From the NCBI GenBank assembly GCA_035291665.1, contig DATDRP010000001.1, forward strand, positions 146,952-210,951: a stretch of DNA of 64,000 nt. The letters are read 5' to 3'. Below are positions 28,524 to 37,029 of this stretch, piece by piece. Position numbers and translations under genes: made by a program. Within the stretch, counting starts at the first letter, position 1. Each line of letters starts with the position of its first letter. This DNA is from Patescibacteria group bacterium (GTDB lineage Bacteria; Patescibacteriota; Microgenomatia; UBA8517). The notes beneath the pieces were generated by a model. The model did no database searches, had not been told where the DNA came from, and was given only the letters and a program-made list of their open reading frames with translations.

Positions 28524-30332
28524 TTACTTAAGGATCTTGTTTTTTCTTCTTTCCTCAACTTCATCAAGAATAATTTTTCTGATTCTGACGCTTTTCGGTG
28601 TAACCTCAACAAGTTCCGTGTTGTCAATGTATTCTAAACTTTCTTCGAGGCTCATAGTTTTAGGGGTATTAAAATGCGCAGTCGGACCATCACCTTTTGA
28701 CCTCATGTTCGATAGTTGTTTTTCTTTACAGACATTGACACTCATGTCGCCGCTTCTTGAGTTTTTCCCGACAACCTCACCTTTATAAACTTTTACGGCA
28801 GGACCATAAAATAGTTCTCCCCTATCCTGAACATTAACAAGTCCGTAAAGACGTGTTTCTCCCGTTTCATGGGCAACAAGCGAACCTTGTTCCCTTGTTC
28901 GTTGGAATCCGTCATCCGGAAGGTAGTCAAAAAATGATGTATTTATGATTCCCAATCCTTTAGTGTCTGTTATAAATTCCGATCTGTAACCGATTAGCTC
29001 TTTTGTGGCAACTGTAAATTCCAGATGAGTTACACCTTCAAAGCTTTGCATGTTGATAAGTTTTGCATGCCGTTTACCCATCTTTTCGATGTTATTTCCG
29101 GTATATTCATCGGGTATTTCAATTTCGACGGTTTCGTAAGGGGTCAGTTTTTTACCGTTAACAATTTTATTAATAACTTGAGGTTGGGAAACCTGGAATT
29201 CAAAGCCTTCCCGTCTCATCCTTTCGATAAAAATAGCTAAATGCAGCTCTCCCCGGCCGGAAACCGTCCATGTACCGTTTTCATTATCTTCCACCCGTAA
29301 AGCCACATCTGTTTCAAGTTCTTTATACAACCGGGCTCTTATTTGGCTAGATGTTTTGAATTCACCTTCATACCCGCCAAAAGGAGAATTATTTACCATA
29401 AAAATCATCTTTACAGTCGGCTCTTCAATATCAAGAAGAGGTAAGGCAGAACCAAGTTTCGGATCGGCAATTGTTTCTCCGATTGTCACGTCGGATATTC
29501 CCGAGACGGCAACAATATCACCCGCGAATGCCTGATTAACATACTCTTTTTCTAAGCCTGTAAAAGTAGCTATTGAAGTTATTGTGCAATTTTTTACAAT
29601 CCCTTTTCGATTAATGTGCGCAATAGTCTGGCCTACGCTTATGGTACCGTTAAAAATTTTTCCGATTGCAATTCTACCTTTATAATCGTCTCTGCCTAGC
29701 GTTGTCACCCTCATCTGAAGTGGTTTGTCGGGATTTGATTGCGGACTCGGGATTGTTTTTATAATTTCATCAAAAACAGGCGTGATGTCTTTCATTGAGG
29801 TCATATCCGGCAGTATTCCCGCCAAACCATTCTTTCCGGAGGCATAGATCACCGGAAAATAAGCAGTTTCTTCATTTGAACCCAAATCAATGAATAAATC
29901 GAAAGTTTTATTTACGATCTGTGACGGGTTGGCGTCTTTCTTATCGATCTTATTGACAACAACGATGATCTTAAGTCCCATTTTTAATGCCTGTTTCAGA
30001 ACAAACCTCGTCTGAGGCATTGGACCTTCTTTTGCATCAACCAAAAGAAGAGCTCCATCAGCCATTGAAAGAACCCGTTCGACTTCTCCCCCAAAGTCAG
30101 CGTGACCCGGTGTGTCAATGATATTAATTTTGTTATTTTTATAAACGACTGAGGCGTTCTTTGAGAAAATTGTTATACCGCGTTCTCTTTCGATCTCATT
30201 TGAGTCCATAATTTGGTTTGTTTCTGAGAGCGTTTTATCCAAGTGTGTATGCGACTGGCGCAAAAGCGCATCCACAAGGGTAGTTTTACCGTGGTCGACA
30301 TGTGCAATAATAGCGACATTTTTTATATCCAT
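28524..30332 (-). CDS. typA: translational GTPase TypA/BipA
   Basis: AHVDHGKTT, DTPGHADFGGEVER, GRGELHL, VEVTPKSVR; real start MDIKN at 30332. Confidence 0.97.
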   Translation of the reverse strand: MDIKNVAIIAHVDHGKTTLVDALLRQSHTHLDKTLSETNQIMDSNEIERERGITIFSKNASVVYKNNKINIIDTPGHADFGGEVERVLSMADGALLLVDAKEGPMPQTRFVLKQALKMGLKIIVVVNKIDKKDANPSQIVNKTFDLFIDLGSNEETAYFPVIYASGKNGLAGILPDMTSMKDITPVFDEIIKTIPSPQSNPDKPLQMRVTTLGRDDYKGRIAIGKIFNGTISVGQTIAHINRKGIVKNCTITSIATFTGLEKEYVNQAFAGDIVAVSGISDVTIGETIADPKLGSALPLLDIEEPTVKMIFMVNNSPFGGYEGEFKTSSQIRARLYKELETDVALRVEDNENGTWTVSGRGELHLAIFIERMRREGFEFQVSQPQVINKIVNGKKLTPYETVEIEIPDEYTGNNIEKMGKRHAKLINMQSFEGVTHLEFTVATKELIGYRSEFITDTKGLGIINTSFFDYLPDDGFQRTREQGSLVAHETGETRLYGLVNVQDRGELFYGPAVKVYKGEVVGKNSRSGDMSVNVCKEKQLSNMRSKGDGPTAHFNTPKTMSLEESLEYIDNTELVEVTPKSVRIRKIILDEVEERRKNKILK

Positions 30333-30505
30333 AATTGGAAAAGTATAGTGAAAAATTCGAATCAAAAAAAATGCCGAGCTAATCTCGGCTTGTTTTCTTA
30401 ACCTAAACGATATTTTACTCTTATTTAAGCTAATTAACAATTAAATTGGTTTTTCATAAACTCCTTTTACATATTTCACTTAATCTTGTAAAATATCACT
30501 CACTA

Positions 30506-30579
30506 GGACGGTTAGCTCAGTTGGCTAGAGCGTTTCTTTGACGTAGAAAAGGTCAGGGGTTCGAGTCCCTTACCGTCCA
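30506..30579 (+). tRNA. tRNA-Val(GAC)
   Basis: Cloverleaf; anticodon arm TTTCT-TTGACGT-AGAAA. Confidence 0.92.
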
Positions 30580-30614
30580 CATCTCACATACGTTCGATGT
30601 GAACTTGGGATTTA

Positions 30615-30893
30615 CTGTATAATGTCAAAGAATGGTTTGTATACATCCTAAAATGCCGAGACAATACATTCTATACAGGATTAACTACAAATCTTAATCG
30701 AAGAGTTCAGCAACATACTTTAGGTGTATTTTTAAATTATACAAAATCAAGAAGACCGATTAAATTAGTATATTTTGAAATTTTTAATGATAAGCATGTT
30801 GCTGCATTACGAGAAAAACAAATAAAAAATTACAGCCAAAAGAAGAAAGGATTATTAATTTCCATGTTTACTTCGAAGATACAAAGTACCTGA
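30615..30893 (+). pseudogene. GIY-YIG nuclease (UPF0213-like), no in-frame ATG (CTG start or 1-nt frameshift)
   Basis: WFVYILKCRDNTFYTGLTTNLNRRVQQH...YTKSRRPIKLVYFE...ALREKQIK; ATG at 30622 is out of frame. Confidence 0.75.
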
Positions 30894-30896
30894 GAA

Positions 30897-30970
30897 GGGC
30901 CTGTAGCTCAATTGGCCAGAGCACTTGGCTGGCAGTCAAGGGGTTGGGGGTTCAAATCCCCCCGGGTCCA
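30897..30970 (+). tRNA. tRNA-Ala(GGC)
   Basis: Cloverleaf, loop CTGGCAG, G3:U70 pair. Confidence 0.92.
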
Positions 30971-31000
30971 CCCAGTAAGATTCATTTTAATAAGAAGAGT

Positions 31001-31279
31001 TTAGAGATTGGTGTTTATTTTCACTCTTTTTCGAAGCATATTACCGTCAGCATCAATTACGGGTTCTCCATCTTCATATACATAAGTGATTACTAATGTA
31101 TCTCTCCCATCGTTTCCCGCTCTATTTCCAGTACCATGCCCGGATTTACGGTGGCCTCTGACGTCGATAATTAATTCTGAGTCGGGATTATCTTCAATTT
31201 CTTCCAGTACTATCTTCTCTGCCGATTTAAGATAATGTTTAGCATTAGATTGTGAAAGGATCGATTCTGTTGATGTCAT
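31001..31279 (-). CDS. hypothetical protein
   Basis: 92-aa ORF with TAAAAT shortly upstream. Confidence 0.55.
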   Translation of the reverse strand: MTSTESILSQSNAKHYLKSAEKIVLEEIEDNPDSELIIDVRGHRKSGHGTGNRAGNDGRDTLVITYVYEDGEPVIDADGNMLRKRVKINTNL

Positions 31280-31312
31280 AGGCTTACAATTTTAGCGGAG
31301 AAACTGAAAAAA

Positions 31313-31753
31313 TCAAATTTCTGATAATTTTAAATCTCCGATTTTTACAACCCAATCGTATTTTGATCGTCTTTCGAACATTTTTAAAGCTTTTTGATAG
31401 TCGCTTTTGAAAAATTCTTTCCTACATTTATTGACAGTGCAATAGTGTTTTACTAATACTTCCCAGTCAATATCTCCTCTATCTGACTGGATTTTTGCAA
31501 AACCAATATGCTTGATTGCATGACAAAGCTCGCAAAGAGCGATGAATCCGGTTAAAGTTTGAGTGTGATCTTCGTCATCAAATTTCCAAATTTCATGACA
31601 TTGAAGTTTCCTCTTGGTTTTGCAAATTCCACACTGCAACTTATAAAGTTTGTATACTTTTTTACGAAGCTTATCCCACTCAGATACCCCCATCATGTTT
31701 CTAATATTATTGTTCCAAGTTGTATCAGGAAGTAGGTCGAAAGTTAATTTCAT
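31313..31753 (-). CDS. HNH-endonuclease-like protein
   Basis: W..LRK......C..C...L.CHE.W...ALC..CH..KH. Confidence 0.8.
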   Translation of the reverse strand: MKLTFDLLPDTTWNNNIRNMMGVSEWDKLRKKVYKLYKLQCGICKTKRKLQCHEIWKFDDEDHTQTLTGFIALCELCHAIKHIGFAKIQSDRGDIDWEVLVKHYCTVNKCRKEFFKSDYQKALKMFERRSKYDWVVKIGDLKLSEI

Positions 31754-31804
31754 TATCAAGATACTTTTATGCTTGAATTTTTAGCAAAGATTTTTACGGA
31801 AAGA

Positions 31805-32581
31805 TTACCATTTTTCATAATTATCTTCTATGAAATTGAAATGTATATTAAATTTGTTTTGAAGATGATTTCCAAGAGCAATAACTCCCCATTTTTCTGT
31901 ATTATAATGTCCTGCTGCAACGTATACGATTCCCAGTTCATTGCATAATGCGATAACTCCTTCATCAATGTTGCCCGACACATAGCAATCAATATTGTTA
32001 AATTTTGTTTCATAAAAATATTCAGATCTTGCTCCACCCCCGCTTATTACTGAAATATTATTAACACTCCTTACATTTCTTGGCCAGATTATTTCTAAAG
32101 GTTTAATATTAAGACAACTTTTTAAATATTTCTCCAATCCATATTTATCTGAAATAGCTTTGGGTAGCTTGCCGGAATAGCCAATCTTTATTCCATGATA
32201 TTCACCGAATTTTTCAACATGCTTCAGTTTAAGCAATTTAACCAATTGCGTATTATTTCCGTATATTTCATTAACATCGAGCGGAATATGATAGGAAATA
32301 TAAGAGATATTATTTTCATTTAAGAAATTTATTCTGTCTTTAAATGAATATAAAAACGGTTGGGACTCTATTTTCAAAAGTCCATGATGGGCGAGTATTA
32401 AATCTGGTTTATTTTTCAATGCTTTTTGAAATACATTAATATTGGGTGAAACAATTCCGGTTATTTTTGATATTTCACTGTTATTTGATACGAGTTCGAG
32501 ACCATTGACAAAAGATCTTTCAGGGATACTACCTTGATTCAAAATCTTATCCAGATATTTCGTTAATTTAAATATATCCAT
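31805..32581 (-). CDS. Nif3-like dinuclear metal centre protein
   Basis: NGL, AHHG, YHIPLD...GNN, SGGG, AGHYNTEKWG. Confidence 0.9.
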   Translation of the reverse strand: MDIFKLTKYLDKILNQGSIPERSFVNGLELVSNNSEISKITGIVSPNINVFQKALKNKPDLILAHHGLLKIESQPFLYSFKDRINFLNENNISYISYHIPLDVNEIYGNNTQLVKLLKLKHVEKFGEYHGIKIGYSGKLPKAISDKYGLEKYLKSCLNIKPLEIIWPRNVRSVNNISVISGGGARSEYFYETKFNNIDCYVSGNIDEGVIALCNELGIVYVAAGHYNTEKWGVIALGNHLQNKFNIHFNFIEDNYEKW

Positions 32582-33810
32582 TAATTTAATAATAATACTG
32601 ATTGGTCTCTCATTGGATAACTGTTTTCAGGTTTCGCATATACAGCACTAAACTGATCAATTGATATATTACTTTTTCTTATTGCATTATCAAGGGTTCG
32701 GGTTCGATCTTCAAAAGATTGCATTACTAAAGTGCAATTGTCAATCCTTGCTCTTTCAATGATATATGCTAAAACATTTTCTCCGGTGAAATATCTTCGG
32801 TGCCCATTGTGCTTGAATAATTCGCCGACAAACTTTTTGGGCTTTACTGCCTCATCCAGCCTTTTATGATAATTTATTGGAGAAATATTACTTTTTAGTA
32901 TTTCATCAACGCATCTCGAAGTTATTTCAGTGGGTTCGTAGACAGTAAAAATATCCCAGATGTCTTCTTTTTGAATACCTTTTTCGGTTAGTAAGCGATT
33001 GAAAAAAGCATTAGGATCACTTCTTTTAATGGGTTCTTTATTATCCATTCCCAGATCCTTTTTAATAGCTGAGTAGTCTCTGTTTTCCATAGCAGAGCAA
33101 ATCATTTTATTTAATTTATTACCGGCTTCAATTAAGGTTAAAGACCCTTCAGCGTATTCGGTAAGTAACGTGTTTAGTATGTAGGTTTCAAATCTTTTTA
33201 CAATCCTATTCCTTAATTCTTTTGGAAACACTAAATCGAACGCATCTTGGTCAATTTTTTTACCAGCATATAAATTATATTTAATTTCATTTCCCGATGT
33301 ACTGGGTGGAACGGAAACAACTTTAGTTTCAATTGAATTTCTTTTAAAATGTAGATCGAGAACGTGTTGGTCAAATTCTGCAAAAGAATCTGCAAGAGAC
33401 ATTTGAGCCCTGGTTGTATTGTGATTTAGAGAAAAATTCAGATATCCCAGACTATGTATAAATTTATTAAATACCGCAGGTTTAGTCTCCACTTCGTCCG
33501 CAGGTTTTGTAAAATCTACTGAAGCGCTTTCTTCGCCAGTAATTAATTCGCAAAAACTACTTTGAATTGAATTTTGATCGCGCTCAGATAAACCGTTTGT
33601 CAGATTAATAAAATATTTTGATACAGGTACGGCCGGAATCGGAACAACGATGAATTTATTCGGTGTTCCGTAGGCTTTTATAGTGTCTACTGCACTGAAA
33701 ACATTATTAGCTGTAATTGGACCCCTGCGCGATCCAGGCACGAAATATACCGGTTTTCCTTGTATACTTTCTTTACCCCCTTCTTCAGTAAACAAATGTT
33801 CGTGTCCCAT
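32581..33810 (-). CDS. hypothetical protein, possibly a remote class I aaRS-like Rossmann fold
   Basis: 409-aa ORF coupled to Nif3 (TAATG overlap); only weak resemblance by eye. Confidence 0.55.
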   Translation of the reverse strand: MGHEHLFTEEGGKESIQGKPVYFVPGSRRGPITANNVFSAVDTIKAYGTPNKFIVVPIPAVPVSKYFINLTNGLSERDQNSIQSSFCELITGEESASVDFTKPADEVETKPAVFNKFIHSLGYLNFSLNHNTTRAQMSLADSFAEFDQHVLDLHFKRNSIETKVVSVPPSTSGNEIKYNLYAGKKIDQDAFDLVFPKELRNRIVKRFETYILNTLLTEYAEGSLTLIEAGNKLNKMICSAMENRDYSAIKKDLGMDNKEPIKRSDPNAFFNRLLTEKGIQKEDIWDIFTVYEPTEITSRCVDEILKSNISPINYHKRLDEAVKPKKFVGELFKHNGHRRYFTGENVLAYIIERARIDNCTLVMQSFEDRTRTLDNAIRKSNISIDQFSAVYAKPENSYPMRDQSVLLLN

Positions 33811-33816
33811 ATAACT

Positions 33817-33960
33817 AAAAAACCTCTCGGGTGAGAGGTTTGTTCTTTAAAAAAATGGTTTATAAAATATTTAATCCCTCACCATATTAACCCCTCCTCG
33901 AATGAGGAGGCTAATAATGCTGAGCAAAACTTGCTCAGTGGTGAGAAAAAGATTCTTCAT
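33817..33960 (-). promoter_or_regulatory. Leu/Ile/Val-rich leader peptide (33871..33960) with attenuator terminator (33817..33841)
   Basis: MKNLFLTTEQVLLSIISLLIRGGVNMVRD; terminator AACCTCTC-ACCC-GAGAGGTTTTTT; GGTGAG can pair with CTCACC in the leader or in the terminator. Confidence 0.75.
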
Positions 33961-33972
33961 ATCTTAGCAAGT

Positions 33973-34001
33973 ATTTTAAGCAAAATTTAGATTACTGTCA
34001 A
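33973..34001 (-). promoter_or_regulatory. sigma70-type promoter
   Basis: TTGACA-17bp-TAAAAT, 12 nt before the leader ATG. Confidence 0.8.
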
Positions 34002-34016
34002 GAAAATGTTATAGGA

Positions 34017-35336
34017 TTATATTCTTTCTACGACAAGGAAACTGGTGTAATTTTCTTTGGCATCCTGAAGATTATCCTCAACAATTCTTAAATCATAAAT
34101 TTGAGCTAATATTTTACTTCCCATGACAGCTGTATTTTTCCCCAACGTCCTTTCTGATAGTCGTTTTGCCACAAGTGCATGGTCAACTAATTTTCCTTTT
34201 CCTGATATTCTTTTCAGATAAGGATATTTTTCATCTAATGTCCTTTGGCATTGCGCAAAAACCTGAGGATGAGACATGATTGAATCAACTTCTCCAAAAG
34301 TTGCGTCTGATCGAATCATTAGAGCATGAGATATTTTTATTGAAAATTGATCAGTTATATTAAATTTGTATTTTGACATTGCCTCAATACTTTCTCCCAC
34401 CACCCCGCCTAATGAATTATGTATAGCAAACTGACCAAGGTCTATGCTTCCTTCATGTAGTGCCTTGAGGACTGCACCGGATGTATAAAGGAATTTAATT
34501 TTATATTTTTTATCGGTTTCTCTCTCGAAATAATATTTGGCTGCTTCTTCATTAAAACTACCCCTACCTCCTTGTATACCATAAGTGACGAAGTTCTTAT
34601 TGACTGCTTTTGGAAGCAGTTTGTTATAAAGCGAATCATATTTTTCACCTATTTTTATGCGCATTTCTTTTGTATAGGAGTTGTAATTTTGTAAATTTAA
34701 AAATAATTGCATGGTGTCATTACATGTTTGATTTTTGACCTCAAGTAGTTTTTTGGTTCCAAGAGTGTCAATTTCAGAAGGTGATAAACCGAAAGAATCA
34801 AGTAGTCTTCCGATAAAATGTGTTAATCCCTGAGAATTTGCAGCTATTTTGTCGTGTTTTTGCGGAGACATCTCAATCACTTTAAGTCCCTTTTGGGTAA
34901 AGTAATTTTTCCAAAACTTGAAATTATTATTGTTAGATAAAAAACGATTTAAAACGATTGGCAGATTTGAAAATCCACCTTTACTGCTATCTGGACCAAA
35001 CATTGGATGTGTAAGGATTGCCTGTGTTTTTAATCCCTTCAAATGTTTTGTTAAAATTTTAGCCGGATGCATTTTTACAGACAGAACATCTATGAGCAAG
35101 TGATTATCTGAGAAGTATGATTTGTGGGCAGAAATAACATTCTCAAATTCATCTATAGGAACTGCAATAAATATTATTTCCGATTTATATACTTCTTTAA
35201 TATTTTCTGCAATCTTTAAACCATCCTTATGGGCAATCACTTTTTTGTCAAAGACAATTACATCAAAGTCAGATTTCAATAAACGATATAAAACCTGACC
35301 AAATCTTCCATAACCCACAATGCTTATTTTTTTCAT
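34017..35336 (-). CDS. prephenate dehydrogenase-prephenate dehydratase fusion (no ACT domain)
   Basis: GYGRFG, DVLSVK, HPMFGP, HD..A.SQ.LTH; then GSFNEEAA, NSLGG.V, SHPQVFAQC, NYTSF. Confidence 0.9.
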   Translation of the reverse strand: MKKISIVGYGRFGQVLYRLLKSDFDVIVFDKKVIAHKDGLKIAENIKEVYKSEIIFIAVPIDEFENVISAHKSYFSDNHLLIDVLSVKMHPAKILTKHLKGLKTQAILTHPMFGPDSSKGGFSNLPIVLNRFLSNNNNFKFWKNYFTQKGLKVIEMSPQKHDKIAANSQGLTHFIGRLLDSFGLSPSEIDTLGTKKLLEVKNQTCNDTMQLFLNLQNYNSYTKEMRIKIGEKYDSLYNKLLPKAVNKNFVTYGIQGGRGSFNEEAAKYYFERETDKKYKIKFLYTSGAVLKALHEGSIDLGQFAIHNSLGGVVGESIEAMSKYKFNITDQFSIKISHALMIRSDATFGEVDSIMSHPQVFAQCQRTLDEKYPYLKRISGKGKLVDHALVAKRLSERTLGKNTAVMGSKILAQIYDLRIVEDNLQDAKENYTSFLVVERI

Positions 35337-35626
35337 AAGTCATTAATTTCTTCTATTATCTGACTTTCAATTGTCAATGATTCCTCATGAAGTCTTTCGA
35401 AAATGTCCAAAATTAATTTCTCAGACAATCCCAATTTTCTACCAATTTCAATTCTATTTTTTATGACCTTATCCCATCTGTTTTGATCCAATGGTATTAT
35501 TTTATTCTCTTTTTTTAAAATCCCAACTTTTTTGACAAGCTCAATACGTTTCGAAATTATAGAAACTAAAGCCACGTCGTTTTCATCAATTTGAATCCGC
35601 AAATCATTTAATATTTCTCTTCCCAT
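35333..35626 (-). CDS. chorismate mutase (AroQ)
   Basis: LR.QID..D..LV..ISKR......VG..K......D..RW. Confidence 0.9.
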   Translation of the reverse strand: MGREILNDLRIQIDENDVALVSIISKRIELVKKVGILKKENKIIPLDQNRWDKVIKNRIEIGRKLGLSEKLILDIFERLHEESLTIESQIIEEINDL

Positions 35627-35629
35627 ATT

Positions 35630-36604
35630 TTAAGATAAATTTTTTTGCTCGACAAAATCGGGTGATCTTAAATTTCTGAATCTTGCCAAATCCTGAAGCA
35701 GGCACCTCAACTCGTCATGTGTTATATGTTGTTCGGAATCTGTGATAGATTCTCCGGCTTCGATTAAAAGTCCGTCATAAAGCCAATTATTACCATCTTT
35801 CATTCTCATTACTTTTATTGATTCATCAACGATTTTGTTTCTCATGTTTGGTCCACAGCTGTGGCTGGGGTCAAAAAATAATCGAGCTCCGATTACAGAT
35901 CTTTTTGTATGTCTGGCAATTTCATGGACAGGTGCACTTCGCCATTCACCTTTATCTGGTGAATCGATACCTCTGTGGATAAATATCAATCTTTCATTAT
36001 TTTGCGCAAAACTTGCCTGTCCGCTCCATTGTCTTTGAAGTGCGCTTCCACTATATTTTACAGGATCATTCGACATATCAAGAGAAATATCAAGGTTTTT
36101 AGCGTTTTTCACTCCCTGAAACCAGATGTTTCTCCTTGCATATTCTCCCATCGTAAGTTGAGCATATCCAAGACCCTCAACCGAAGGCTGCCAGATTAAG
36201 AGTTTTTCTGGTTGGATTCTTCCCTCATATTGTGGCAATTGAACACTCGGCATCATTATCTCAGTTGCAATTAGAAGTCCTGTTTCTTTGACTATTTTTA
36301 TTCCTGCCTCAACGCTCGGCGGTGGTGCAGTGGGAAGCGGGTTTTTAAGGACAATGATATTTTCTTTACATTCAAAATAATAATTAAAATCTGCCCCCAT
36401 CGGACTTTTTCCATCTAAATTAGTTCGGGATTTAAGTCCAACTACTCGTGTACCCCACAAACATGTTTGGATTTGACCTTTTATATTTCTAACCTTAATT
36501 TCCGAAAGATCATAGTATCCGGATAGATTTCTCACGAGTTCCAAATCTACCGAACATGGACCGGCTATAACTTCTGTGTCAAATTGATTTAATGATTCTG
36601 ACAT
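35630..36604 (-). CDS. divergent class I-beta DAHP synthase-like protein
   Basis: IAGPCSV, KSRT, ATEI, HRG, DPSHSCG, DGLLIE. Confidence 0.75.
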   Translation of the reverse strand: MSESLNQFDTEVIAGPCSVDLELVRNLSGYYDLSEIKVRNIKGQIQTCLWGTRVVGLKSRTNLDGKSPMGADFNYYFECKENIIVLKNPLPTAPPPSVEAGIKIVKETGLLIATEIMMPSVQLPQYEGRIQPEKLLIWQPSVEGLGYAQLTMGEYARRNIWFQGVKNAKNLDISLDMSNDPVKYSGSALQRQWSGQASFAQNNERLIFIHRGIDSPDKGEWRSAPVHEIARHTKRSVIGARLFFDPSHSCGPNMRNKIVDESIKVMRMKDGNNWLYDGLLIEAGESITDSEQHITHDELRCLLQDLARFRNLRSPDFVEQKNLS

Positions 36605-36615
36605 ATTTATACATT

Positions 36616-36726
36616 AAAAAACCCCGACTATGCGGGGTTGGTATTTTTACATAGAGAATTTTCCCCGCATTAGTTAGGATAAAAATAATAAAAACTAAAC
36701 AGATTGTTTTTGTAAATATTGTTCAT
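36616..36726 (-). promoter_or_regulatory. Phe/Tyr leader peptide 2 (36670..36726) with attenuator
   Basis: MNNIYKNNLFSFYYFYPN; ATGCGGGG pairs with CCCCGCAT of the terminator AACCCCG-CATAGT-CGGGGTTTTTT. Confidence 0.85.
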
Positions 36727-36840
36727 ACTTCAATAGCACCCTCCTAATTTTCACACTTGGCTTTTTGGGAACTATTCGTTCACGCCTCGTGCCAAAATTG
36801 GTCGGAGGGTTATGTACTATTTGAAAATTACAAAGTACAT

Positions 36841-36965
36841 AAAAAAACCTCCTAACTCTAGGAGGTTGATTTTCTGGGATTTATTTAATTAAACCAAATA
36901 AACTCGCCCCCTAGGGTTTCTTAGGAGGTAAAGTAAAAATAAAATTTTACCGAATTTATTTTCAT
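36841..36965 (-). promoter_or_regulatory. Phe/Tyr leader peptide 1 (36921..36965) with attenuator
   Basis: MKINSVKFYFYFTS; CTAGGGGG pairs with CCTCCTAA (leader) or CCTCCTAG (terminator AACCTCCTA-GAGT-TAGGAGGTTTTTTT). Confidence 0.85.
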
Positions 36966-36975
36966 ATTAGAGGTT

Positions 36976-37004
36976 ATTATAGATATTTATAAAACTATTG
37001 TCAA
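36976..37004 (-). promoter_or_regulatory. consensus sigma70 promoter of the aromatic operon
   Basis: TTGACA-17bp-TATAAT, 10 nt before the leader ATG. Confidence 0.9.
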
Positions 37005-37029
37005 TAATTCAAAAGCTATTCAAAATATA

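Noticed and set aside
30333-30440. N-terminal extension of TypA in the ORF track
   Set aside because: The conserved start is MDIKNVAIIAH; the extension crosses a terminator-like hairpin.
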